Shown here piece by piece: positions 23,969 to 36,299 of a stretch of DNA of 64,000 nt (its first letter is position 1; each line of letters begins with the position of its first letter). The DNA lies in assembly GCA_950097015.1 (NCBI GenBank), contig CATNEN010000024.1, positions 1,054,001-1,118,000 of the forward strand, given 5' to 3'. The DNA comes from Macrostomum hystrix. Taxonomy: Eukaryota > Animalia > Platyhelminthes. The notes under the pieces are model-generated. The model saw nothing but the letters and a program-made list of their open reading frames with translations, was not told the DNA's origin and made no database searches. The position numbers and the translations under genes were made by a program.

Positions 23969-26371
23969 TCAAGTTCGATATTCACTCGCGTGGGATTCTT
24001 CAGCTGCTGCTGCTGCTACAGCTGAGGTGCCGCTTAAACCAATTGTATCTTCGGAATTCTCAGCTGCCTTAGCAGTGGCCGTTAATCCCCACGTTCGTTG
24101 GCACTTGTCGCCAAGAAACAGGTTCCAATAGGCAATGCCGGCCAGGCTAGCTCCCAGAGTAGGACCCACTATGTACACCTGAGCAACGGTTCGGTCTATC
24201 AATGGTATAGGCTATTCACTTTGATTGATCGACAGCCGGTTAATTGCGATTGGTACCGCTTCACCGCATCACAGCGCTTGGCAGAGATCAAATTTGACAA
24301 CCGCTTTGGACATCCACTTTGACTAGTGCTGCCCTCACTGACATTCACTTTGACTAGTGCTGCCCTCACTGACATCCACTTTGACTAGTGCTGCCCTCAC
24401 TGACATTCACTTTGACTAGTGCTGCCCTCACTGACATCCACTTTGACTAGTGCTGCCCTCACTGACATCCACTTTGACTAGTGCTGCCCTCACTGACATC
24501 CACTTTGACTAGTGCTGCCCTCACTGACATTCACTTTGACTATAGTGCTGCCCTCACTGACATCCACTTTGACTATAGTGCTGCCCTCACTGACATCCAC
24601 TTTGACTATAGTGCTGCCCTCACTGACATCCACTTTGATTATAGTGCTGCCCTCACTGACATCCACTTTGATTATAGTGCAACCTTACTGAACTTCACTG
24701 ACACCCACTGCCTTCGCTGACACCCACTGCCTTCAATGATACCCACTGCCCTCACTGACACCCACTGCCTTCACTCACAGCGGGACTCACCCACAAATGC
24801 CTGTAATCGCCAAGCACAATCGCTGGACTAAGCGACCTGATCGGATTCATGCTCGCTCCGGACAGATAGGCCTGGGGATGAGGAAACGTTGGATTGAGAT
24901 AGGCTTTTAAAGTACATTTTAGTTTTTTCGATCGCCAGGGATCATCGCCGATTCGCTCACCCCTGCCAAGACGCAGCCTCCGACCTGCAGGCCGCATACC
25001 AGCGCCGCGGAACCAGTTTTGTCCTGCTTTAACCGGTCCAAACCGGCATAGACTGGCAGCACCATGCTGAAGGTGAGCAGCAGCTCAGTCCAGGCAGCCT
25101 GGGCCGGATGCGTAGCCGGATAGGGGAAGATTGTGGGGCTCAGGCCGCCGCCTGTGGCGTTTCGAATGAGCGCCGGACTGGACAACCGCAGCGCCAAAGA
25201 GCCAGCCAGCCCGCCCGCGCACTGCATCGGCAGGTAGAGCAGGGCCCGGACAGGACTGATGTCACCTGTGGGCACGATAGCCGTTGCTTTAAGGTTGCGG
25301 TGATTCCTGTCTGTTGGAGGAGAAACAGCCGTCTCTTCCCCAGTCTATTGGAGGAGAAACAGCCGTCTCTTCCCCAGTCTGTCTGAGGAGAAACAGCCGT
25401 CTCTTCCCCAGTCTGTCTGAGGAGAAACAGCCGTCTCTTCCCCAGTCTGTCTGAGGAGAAACAGCCGTCTCTTACCCAGTCTGTCTGAGGAGAAACAGCC
25501 GTCTCTTACCCAGTCTGTTGGTGGAGAAACAGCCGTCTCTTCCCCAGTCTGTCTGAGGAGAAACAGCCGTCTCTTCCCCAGTCTGTCTGAGGAGAAACAG
25601 CCGTCTCTTACCCAGTCTGTTGGTGGAGAAACAGCCGTCTCTTCCCCAGTCTGTCTGAGGAGAAACAGCCGTCTCTTACCCAGTCTGTTGGTGGAGAAAC
25701 AGCCGTCTCTTCCCCAGTCTGTCTGATGAGAAACAGCCGTCTCTTCCCCAGTCTGTTGGTGGAGAAACAGCCGTCTCTTCCCCAGTCTGTCTGAGGAGAA
25801 ACAGCCGTCTCTTCCCCAGTCTGTCTGAGGAGAAACAGCCGTCTCTTCCCCAGTCTGTCTGAGGAGAAACAGCCGTCTCTTCCCCAGTCTGTCTGAGGAG
25901 AAACAGCCGTCTCTTCCCCAGTCTGTCTGAGGAGAAACAGCCGTCTCTTACCCAGTCTGTTGGTGGAGAAACAGCCGTCTCTTCCCCAGTCTGTCTGATG
26001 AGAAACAGCCGTCTCTTCCCCAGTCTGTCTGATGAGAAACAGCCGTCTCTTCCCCAGTCTGTCTGATGAGAAACAGCCGTGTCTTCCCCAGTCTGTGTGA
26101 GGAGCTACCTACCTGTGATGAGCATGGCGACAGTGATCGCCGGGTTGACATGGGCCCCGCTGACGTGCCCGAAGGTCCACACTAAGCTGCAGACAACGAA
26201 GGCAGTCGAGAGAGCTCCGCGAATCGCAGCAGCGTCCGCGGAGGCGGAGCCGCCACCAACGGGGATGTCAACAGCTGCCACGGGGGCCGTAGAAAAGAAC
26301 AGGAGCAACAGGGAGCCCAAGAACTCGGCCAGGCAGGGCCGCCACAGCTCAGCTAGTTGGTCTCGAACCAA
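23969..26371 (-). CDS. Aquaporin (MIP family); exons 26371-26113, 25265-24961, 24871-24791, 24178-23969; start codon probably in an unidentified upstream exon
   Basis: LAEFLG, GHVSGAHVNPAIT, ELLLTF, GASMNPIRSL, WVYIVGP motifs; all three junctions GT-AG and in phase. Confidence 0.92.
24312..24770. repeat. Aquaporin intron minisatellite (31/33-bp units plus short ACTGCC units)
   Basis: CACTTTGACT(AT)AGTGCTGCCCTCACTGACATC x about 11. Confidence 0.9.
25317..26098. repeat. Aquaporin intron 34-bp minisatellite
   Basis: GAGGAGAAACAGCCGTCTCTTCCCCAGTCTGTCT x about 23. Confidence 0.94.
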
Positions 26372-27184
26372 CTACCTGGAGCTCCTGTCTGTTTTCATTT
26401 GTAAAAGCAAAAACTTTTCGTCAGGAATTGTGGCAAACTATTAATTAAACAGCTTCTTTGCTTCTACAATTCTGAAACTTCTTAGAGCACACTATGGTGA
26501 GCAGCACTTGAGTTTTATGACATTGCAGTATATGCACTCTCATATCAGCTAGTTTATTGCTACACCGTCAGTTAGATACGATCGATTCTCAAAACATATT
26601 GCAGTTTCTATTGATTTCCGGCAAAAACTCGTGGAATATAATCTTCACTAGTCTCAACTCAAATCGGACTAAGCATTTGGAACTCCAGTAAGATAAGCGC
26701 ACGACTAGATTGATTTGTTGTAGCACGTATGCCTGCTTATAGAAAAATCCCTGCAGTAAGCCACCAAGGTTGTTAAACGCCTTCCTGATATTCAATATCA
26801 ACCACTAGGTCTAGATATCTTTTTAGAGTTCTCACTGATAAGCCACCAAAATTTTAGCAGGATCATTTTGAGTTATTCCTAATCAAAATTCTAACTAAAA
26901 ATTTAACTGAATCGATTCTAAGAAATATTTTATGCTATGATTCTAAGAATTTTACTAAATCCATGATAAGGGTGTCTGGTGGCAAAAAACCACCAATATA
27001 GGCATTTATCTTTCTGCTCACAAAATTTCATCATGCAAACATGTCTTCTATCTATTACTGTTGATCATATTGTATTGATTATGTTGTTAACAATATTATC
27101 GACCTAGTGACTCGCTTAATTTGCTTAATTTTTTTCAGAATGGATACCTGGTCTAACTTTACTTTAATTTGCCTAATTTACCCA

Positions 27185-30100
27185 GTTACTGCTCAGTGAT
27201 TGCTCAGCGATTGCTTAGTGACTGCTCAGCGATTGCTTAGTGACTGCTCAGCGATTGCTTAGTGACTGCTCAGCGATTGCTTAGTGACTGCTCAGCGATT
27301 GCTTAGTGACTGCTCAGCGATTGCTTAGTGACTGCTCAGTGACTGCTCAGCGACTGTCACCGATTGCATAGTGACTGTTCAGCGATTGCTTAGTGACTGC
27401 TCAGTGACTGCTTAGTGACTGCTCAGTGACTGCTCACTGACTGCTCATTGACTGCCTAATGACTGCTTAATTACTGCTCAGTAACTGCTTAATGACTGCT
27501 TAATGACTGCTCAGCGACTGTGTGAGAGATACAATTCAGACTACTGACAACAGTAGAAAAGCAGACTTGGCTGCAAAACTCTCACATAACACTTAAAAAT
27601 ATCGCCATAAAAATGGCAAGGTTAAAAGAGACTGTGTTGCAGACTGCTCAGAGAATGCTCAGTGCCTGTCAGCGATTGCTTAGTGACTGCTCAGTGACTG
27701 CTTAATGACTGCTTAATGACTGCTCAGTGACTGCTCGGCGACTGCCCAGAGACTGCTCAGTGCCTGTCAGCGATTGCTTAGTGACTGCTCAGTGACTGCT
27801 CAGTGACTGCTCAGTGACTGCTCAGTGACTGCTCAGTGACTGCTCAGCGACTGTCACCGATTGCATAGTGGCTGTTCAGCGATTGCTTAGTTACTGCTCA
27901 GTAACTAAGTAACTAAGTAACTAATTAAGCAGTCATCACTGCTTAATGACAGCTTAATGACTGCTCAGTGACTGCTCAGCGATTGCTTAGTGACTGCTCA
28001 GCGATTGCTTAGTGACTGCTCAGCGATTGCTTAGTGACTGCTCAGTGACTGCTCAGCGACTGTCACCGATTGCAAGTGACTGTTCAGCGATTGCTTAGTT
28101 ACTGCTCAGTGACTGCTTAATGACTGCTCAGTGACTGCTTAATGACTGCTCAGTGACTGCTTAATGACTGCTCAGTGACTGCTTAATGACTGCTCAGTGA
28201 CTGCTTAGTGACTGCTCAGTGACTGCTTAATGACTGCTCAGTGACTGCTTAATGACTGCTCAGTGACTGCTTAATGACTGCTCAGTGACTGCTTAATGAC
28301 TGCTCAGTGATTGCTTAATGACTGCTCAGTGACTGCTTAATGACTGCTCAGTGACTGCTTAATGACTGCTCAGTGACTGCTTAATGACTGCTCAGTGACT
28401 GCTTAATGACTGCTCAGTGACTGCTTAATGACTGCTCAGCGACTGCTTAATGACTGCTCAGTGACTGCTTAATGACTGCTTAATGACTGCTCAGCGACTG
28501 CTCAGAGACTGCTCAGTGCCTGTCAGCGATTGCTCAGTGCCTGTCAGCGATTGCTCAGTGCCTGTCACCGATTGCTTAGTGACTGCTCAGTGACTGCTTA
28601 ATGACTGCTCAGCGATTGCTTAGTGACTGCTCAGTGACTGCTCACTGACTGCTCACTGACTGCTCACCGACTGCTCATTGACTGCTCAGTGACTGCTCAG
28701 TGACTGCTCAGCGACTGTCACCGATTGCATAGTGGCTGTTCAGCGATTGCTTAGTTACTGCTCAGTAACTAAGTAACTAAGTAACTAATTAAGCAGTCAT
28801 CACTGCTTAATGACTGCTCAGTGACTGCTCAGCGATTGCTTAGTGACTGCTCAGCGATTGCTTAGTGACTGCTCAGCGATTGCTTAGTGACTGCTCAGTG
28901 ACTGCTTAATGACTGCTCAGTGACTGCTTAATGACTGCTCAGTGACTGCTTAATGACTGCTCAGTGACTGCTTAATGACTGCTCAGTGACTGCTTAATGA
29001 CTGCTCAGTGACTGCTTAGTGACTGCTCAGTGACTGCTTAATGACTGCTCAGTGACTGCTTAATGACTGCTCAGTGACTGCTTAATGACTGCTCAGTGAC
29101 TGCTTAATGACTGCTCAGTGATTGCTTAATGACTGCTCAGTGACTGCTTAATGACTGCTCAGTGACTGCTTAATGACTGCTCAGTGACTGCTTAATGACT
29201 GCTCAGTGACTGCTTAATGACTGCTCAGTGACTGCTTAATGACTGCTCAGCGACTGCTTAATGACTGCTCAGTGACTGCTTAATGACTGCTTAATGACTG
29301 CTCAGCGACTGCTCAGAGACTGCTCAGTGCCTGTCAGCGATTGCTCAGTGCCTGTCAGCGATTGCTCAGTGCCTGTCACCGATTGCTTAGTGACTGCTCA
29401 GTGACTGCTTAATGACTGCTCAGCGATTGCTTAGTGACTGCTCAGTGACTGCTCACTGACTGCTCACTGACTGCTCACCGACTGCTCATTGACTGCCTAA
29501 TGACTGCTTAATTACTGCTCAGTAACTGCTTAATGACTGCTCAGCGACTTTGTGAGAGATACAATTCAGACTACTGACAACAGTAGAAAAGCAAAGACTT
29601 GGCAGCAAAACTCTCACATAACACTTAAAAATATCGCCATAAAAATGGCAAGGTTAAAAGAGACTGTGTTGCAGACTGCTCAGAGAATGCTCAGTGCCTG
29701 TCAGCGATTGCTTAGTGACTGCTCAGTGACTGCTCAGTGACTGCTCAGTGACTGCTCAGTGACTGCTCAGCGACTGTCACCGATTGCATAGTGGCTGTTC
29801 AGCGATTGCTTAGTTACTGCTCAGTAACTAAGTAACTAAGTAACTAATTAAGCAGTCATCACTGCTTAATGACAGCTTAATGACTGCTCAGTGACTGCTC
29901 AGCGATTGCTTAGTGACTGCTCAGCGATTGCTTAGTGACTGCTCAGCGATTGCTTAGTGACTGCTCAGTGACTGCTCAGCGACTGTCACCGATTGCATAG
30001 TGACTGTTCAGCGATTGCTTAGTTACTGCTCAGTGACTGCTTAATGACTGCTCAGTGACTGCTTAATGACTGCTCAGTGACTGCTTAATGACTGCTCAGT

Positions 30101-31247
30101 GACTGCTTAATGACTGCTCAGTGACTGCTTAATGACTGCTCAGTGACTGCTTAGTGACTGCTCAGTGACTGCTTAATGACTGCTCAGTGACTGCTTAATG
30201 ACTGCTCAGTGACTGCTTAATGACTGCTCAGTGACTGCTTAATGACTGCTCAGTGATTGCTTAATGACTGCTCAGTGACTGCTTAATGACTGCTCAGTGA
30301 CTGCTTAATGACTGCTCAGTGACTGCTTAATGACTGCTCAGTGACTGCTTAATGACTGCTCAGTGACTGCTTAATGACTGCTCAGCGACTGCTTAATGAC
30401 TGCTCAGTGACTGCTTAATGACTGCTTAATGACTGCTCAGCGACTGCTCAGAGACTGCTCAGTGCCTGTCAGCGATTGCTCAGTGACTGCTCAGCGATTG
30501 CTTAGTGACTGCTCAGTGACTGCTTAATGACTGCTCAGCGATTGCTTAGTGACTGCTCAGTGACTGCTCACTGACTGCTCACTGACTGCTCACCGACTGC
30601 TCATTGACTGCCTAATGACTGCTTAATTACTGCTCAGTAACTGCTTAATGACTGCTCAGCGACTGTGTGAGAGATACAATTCAGACTACTGACAACAGTA
30701 GAAAAGCAGACTTGGCAGCAAAACTCTCACATAACACTTAAAAATATCGCCATAAAAATGGCAAGGTTAAAAGAGACTGTGTTGCAGACTGCTCAGAGAA
30801 TGCTCAGTGCCTGTCAGCGATTGCTTAGTGACTGCTCAGCGATTGCTTAGTGACTGCTCAGCGATTGCTTAGTGACTGCTCAGCGATTGCTTAGTGACTG
30901 CTCAGCGATTGCTTAGTGACTGCTCAGTGACTGCTTAGAGACTGCTCAGTGACTGCTTAGAGACTGCTCAGTGACTGCTTAGTGACTGCTCAGTGACTGC
31001 TTAGAGACTGCTCAGCGATTGCTTAGTGACTGCTCAGTGACTGCTCAGCGACTGTCACCGATTGCATAGTGGCTGTTCAGCGATTGCTTAGTTACTGCTC
31101 AGTAACTAAGTAACTAAGTAACTAATTAAGCAGTCATCACTGCTCAGTGATTGCTTAATGACTGCTCAGTGACTGCGCAGCGATTGCTTAGTGACTGCTC
31201 AGCGATTGCTTAGTGACTGCTCAGCGATTACTTAATGACTGCTCAGT
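27185..31247. repeat. 4-kb composite satellite: 11-bp GACTGCT(C/T)A(G/A)T monomers with higher-order blocks and three copies of a ~130-bp cassette
   Basis: Monomers GACTGCTCAGT, GACTGCTTAAT, GATTGCTTAGT; cassette starts at 27521, 29551 and 30666. Confidence 0.93.
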
Positions 31248-31821
31248 GAGCAATCGATTAAAAAGAACTTTGGTTTATACTGATTTATTTCAGTTTGATA
31301 TTCTATTTACAAAATTTTGTCTATTACTTTAACTTTTTTCTCTACTTAAGAAACTAACTACACTGTAACAAAAACTATAGTTCTGAGTCGCCAGTTCTTG
31401 TGTTCTATACTATTGAGGATCTATTAGCGTATATCCTTGAGTTATAGAAGCTTTGAGCTTTCGAATTTGATAGCGCCTATCAGTGTCTACAGCAGAGGGC
31501 CAAATGCATAGAAACTAGTGTGCAACTGGGGCTGCAATCAGAAATCAAGATAAGACAATTCAGACTTATGCACAGTTTGACCGAAGCAACTAAGACAGAT
31601 CTCTCAAACTTTAATTGACTCTGCAATGGAAGATTACCTTTATCTGTTTTTGTTGCTAAGCTACTTCTATACAAATAGTCAGCCACATTTTTGCATATTT
31701 AAGAAATATTTGTTGTGCGGCTGCTTGACATAGAGAACAGGCTACTCTCAATTAAACAGTAGATCCCTTTTCCGAACACTTCTTTTATAATTGAATACAA
31801 CGACATGGCACAGTAAGTACC

Positions 31822-32338
31822 TTATCATCAATTCAATCTGACAGATTATCAATTTAATCTGACAGATTATCAATTCAATCTGACAGATTATCAATTCAAT
31901 CTGACAGATTATCAATTCTAACTGAAAGATTATCAATTCAATCTGACAGATTATCAATTCAATCTGACAGATTATCAATTCTAACTGAAAGATTATCAAT
32001 TAAATCTGACAGATTATCAATTCAATCTGACAGATTATCAATTCAATCTGACAGATTATCAATTCAATCTGACAGATTATCAATTCAATCTGACAGATTA
32101 TCAATTCAATCTGACAGATTATCAATTCAATCTGACAGATTATCAATTCAATCTGACAGATTATCAATTCAATCTGACAGATTATCAATTCAATCTGACA
32201 GATTATCAATTCAATCTGGCAGATTATCAATTCTAACTGAAAGATTATTAATTCAATCTGACAGATTGTCAATTCAATCTGACAGATTATCAATTCAATC
32301 TGACAGATTATCAATTCAATCTGGCATATAATCAATTC
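31822..32338. repeat. 21-bp tandem repeat
   Basis: TCAATTCAATCTGACAGATTA x about 24. Confidence 0.93.
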
Positions 32339-32458
32339 AGATCTTTATCTGACATCCTTTGACTCGTGGACTTCATATGTTTGACATCGCAAACTTTTAT
32401 AATATAAAAAAGGGAATTATTCAGTAAAAATTGCTCAATAATAAACCCATTGTGCCAG

Positions 32459-32867
32459 CACTCATCAGCCAACTAAGTTTGAGGGCGTCACTGGAGTAAT
32501 TTCCGTGCAGCCGGTGGCACCAACCACGCATCGTCAACTTCGCGACTGGAACAGCGGCCTCTGCGCCTGCTTCAACGACATGTCCTCCTGCTGCATGACC
32601 GTCTGGTGTCACTTCTGGTTTCTAAGCTGCGATGTGGCTCCACACATGGGGGAGAACTGCTGCACCCCCTACTGCCTCATGGCCGGCGGACAGTTGCCGC
32701 ACGTCGCGATGCGAGCAAAGCTGCGCGCAGCCCACGGCATCCAGGGCAGCCTGATCGACGACTGCTTCAAGTCGATCTGCTGCACCTACTGCGTCACGTG
32801 CCAGATGAAGCGCGAGCTGAACTACATTCGCGACAGCACCGGCATGGACCCATTTCCCAGGGCCTGA
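32459..32867 (+). CDS. PLAC8/cornifelin-family Cys-rich protein, main coding exon (start exon not identified)
   Basis: VISVQP..WNSGLCACFNDMSSCCMTVWC..MGENCC..AMRAKLRAAHGIQGSLIDDCF..CC.YC..CQMKREL matches the PLAC8 domain pattern; candidate acceptor TGTGCCAG at 32458. Confidence 0.88.
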
Positions 32868-34837
32868 GCAGTTATATTTGAGCGGATTTTTTGCTGAAAT
32901 CATTTGGCGGTTTCCAAGAAAACCATCGTTGACTAAGACAGACCACGCTATTTTTCCCCTGGGGAAAGAAAGAAAAATGCCCATATATACACGTGGGTAT
33001 TTAAAATACCCACGTGGACTATCTACTGTTAAGACAAGGTTCTAAAATTAGTTTTTCTTTTTGCATAAAATATTTCAAATCACAGATGTTATCTTATCTA
33101 ACCAGGTCGATGCTCATTCATGCAATTAGATTTGTTTCTATTAGGCGAAACATTATAGTAAGAGGTTAGAGTGAGAACCCTGACTTATCTAATCAAAGCT
33201 TCGTGGCTTACTAAGCTTGCTTAGAAAAATGAAGAATGAAGAATGAAGAATGAAGGGCTTGTGTCTTTTAATTAAAAATAAATTAAATCATTGAAAACAG
33301 TGTGGCACAGCTACAGTGTTGTATTCATTTTATTTTCATTTAACTCCACGCTTCGACAAATGTCTATGGCCAAAACTGTTTGCGAGAAGATCATTCAATC
33401 TAAGACATTGAGACTTTAAGATCAAATGATGCCTACATTATGCACTTGGTGATGCACTCAACAAAGTCAAGACTGTTTCTGTGACTAAATTGTCAAACTG
33501 CCAAACTGGGGTTTTGACCATAGACAAAGGTAGAAACATTAGGGAGGTGAGTAAGCAGAGCGGCTAACGCGTTTGCCTCTCGCGCCAAGGTCTCTGAGCT
33601 TGATTTCGCGGCGAGGCCACATTCATTTGGGGCGCAGCCGCGGAGAGAAGGCTTGGGGGCTTGTCGTGCAATTTACGCCCTTGAGGGCTAACCTACTACC
33701 CACAGTGAGAGTGTACACTGCCTGGCTATTAGAAAGTCAGGGCAGATGTACACACCTGGGTGCGTGTGTGCTCAGGAGTCAGCGAAATGGGCAGAATTGC
33801 CTCTTCGCTGGCTGCGTATCCAGTGTCACCAAATGATGTGCCATAACCGGCAGCCCTCCTGCAGTTATTATTATATTTTATTAACCAGCTTCTATCATTC
33901 AAGTGCTCATTTCGGAATTCCGAATCTTTCCCAAAATAACTGCGTCACTGTCGACCGTCCGCTACTCATAAAATCACCCACAGAACTTCAAAGAAAAAGA
34001 CAAAAAGTACATTCCGATCGTTTTTATCTAGATAATTTAGTTTGAATCTCAGCTTAGTCAGATAATCAGATAATCTAATTACGTCAAAGGTGTCAAGGTA
34101 CATGCAAAAGTGATCGAATACAGTAAAATAAGTAGCAAAAAGTCAATAATTACTTAGAAAAGAAAGCATAAATCAATCTGAGAAATTGAGCATCTTCAAG
34201 TAAAATAAAGGAAGTGGATTTCTGAGGTCTCGATTCAAAACAGTTTTGTTCAAGACAAAATAAGCTACAGCTTCTAATATGTAAAGGACTATTGTACATG
34301 TATATACACCGCCGGTGAACAATAGGCAATCTAGAGATGAATACCGTTTAAAAATAATTCTATTGAACGCGCTAGGTTTGTGATATGTATTGAAAGCGAT
34401 CCGCATAATAATGAAGAGGCAGAGGCACAAGCAGCATTGTGGAATTTCATTTATTGTTGGAAACACTGCAGATCTAAACAGATTGTGAAAGCAGCAGATA
34501 ATGTTTTATGTTACGAGTGGGAGCTAAGGCAGCAATGGAGGTGATATAGCAGCGACACGCACAGTACTTTTATCTCTAGTGTTGATTGAATAGTGAGCCC
34601 CGGCTGGGACACCCACCTCACTCCATTTTCTTCCCTCATTCTGCTACTCTAATTGGCTGCTTACGAAGGAACCAATCAGAAGTGACTTCTCCGTCAGGCT
34701 AATAATGATTATTTCCTATCCAAGCATGCCTCATGAATTGAATTTCAAACTGATTACCAAGAGGTGCAAATTCAAAATCATGAAACAAACGACAGCAAAA
34801 GCGAGAATCTAATGAGCCAACCGCCCGCAGTGCACAG

Positions 34838-36267
34838 TTAGAGTGTAGTGGACGCCAGGTGATGCCGGCGGCACCTCAGGCACACAGTGGAGTCGCGCAT
34901 CATTCTACTGGGCAGTAGGATAGTGCGCGCTCGAAATGTCCGACTCCGCCGCCTGTCGAGGCTCTGCTGACGCCCGGCGGCGCAGTCCAGATCTGGCAGC
35001 ACCGTGTTCATCCGCTCCAGGTCCCGCAGAGTTTCCTTCACCTCCTCCGGCAGGATCTGGTGGCTGAGGATGTCTCTGAGGATGGCGGCGGTGCTTTCTC
35101 GCTTCTCAGCCGCTGTCAGCTGCTCGTGGACGCTGTAGCCGACTGGATCAACGCGACCTTCGGCTGGAATGTCAGCCGCTGCCGCTGTCAGCCTGCTGAC
35201 TGCGCCGGCTTTGGCTGCTGTGTCGATTGGTGGCAATGGTGAGTGCTGCTTTTGGTGGTGCTGCTGCTGCTGCTTAGACTTGTGGGCTTGACGCGTTGAT
35301 GAGGTGGGTCGACTGCCGCTGGCTCGTGACTCGGGTCTCATTTGACCCGGAGGGAATTGCGGAAGGTTTCCAGCTGCATCTCCCGCCTTCGCAGCAGCGC
35401 CCTCAGCTCTTTGTACTCCTCCAGGGTGTACGTGCGCTCGGCGTCTCTCTGCGGGACGGAGTGGGGTTGGTTGAGTCTTGATTGCTAATCAGCCAATCAG
35501 ATGTTAGCAAAGATTGTACAGGACAGTTGGCACTAGTCATTTCAAGATTATTGTTAGAAATAAATTTATTTTAAATCCTATATTTCATTTCTATAGCAGT
35601 TTGTCTGCTTGAAGCACTTTATAGACGGCTATAAAATGTCTCCTAGAATTGATTATCTGGCAATAAATGGATAGTTTTCTACAAGTTAAAGATGATATTT
35701 TTTATGACAGTTTATTTTATCAGTTTGGTTCAAGAGAGACGCAATAATTAATCAAGCCGGCCTTACTCATTCATTTGTAACTTACTCGATGGCCACTGAA
35801 AAGGACAGATTTAAAGCGAAAAAATATGAGTTTAAATGTCGCAAAAGGAAAGGCACGCCTTTGATATAAATATACCCAGTCCCAGTTGGCAGTTAGTAAA
35901 AAAACATTTCTTACTACTGAGATTTCGCGCGGCAGTAGGGTGGTTTGGGTGTGTTAAAACGCGCTGCGCTGATGATTTGTTTAGCAGGTAAAAGTATGCT
36001 AGCAACAAGCAAATGCGAGTAATAATGGGATATTCAGATGAGATATATATATATCTCTTAAAGCGCTGCACGGCGGAGATCGGGAAAGCATTGTTGAGGA
36101 TAATTTTATTAGTCGAACGTAGATTAACCAGAACTGTCAGAAGAAAGCTCTCTGACAGCATTCTTTCTGTACCTGCTTCGACCTGCCCTTCGCCTTGCCC
36201 TTTTTAGCTCGGCGCCTCTTTCCAGTTGGTTGGCCTGCTTCGCCCAGATTTGGCAGCCGCACGCCGC

Positions 36268-36299
<32 letters not shown>

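Noticed and set aside
27185-31247. CRISPR-like array
   Set aside because: No constant repeat with unique spacers, no cas genes, eukaryotic context; the same applies to the other arrays.
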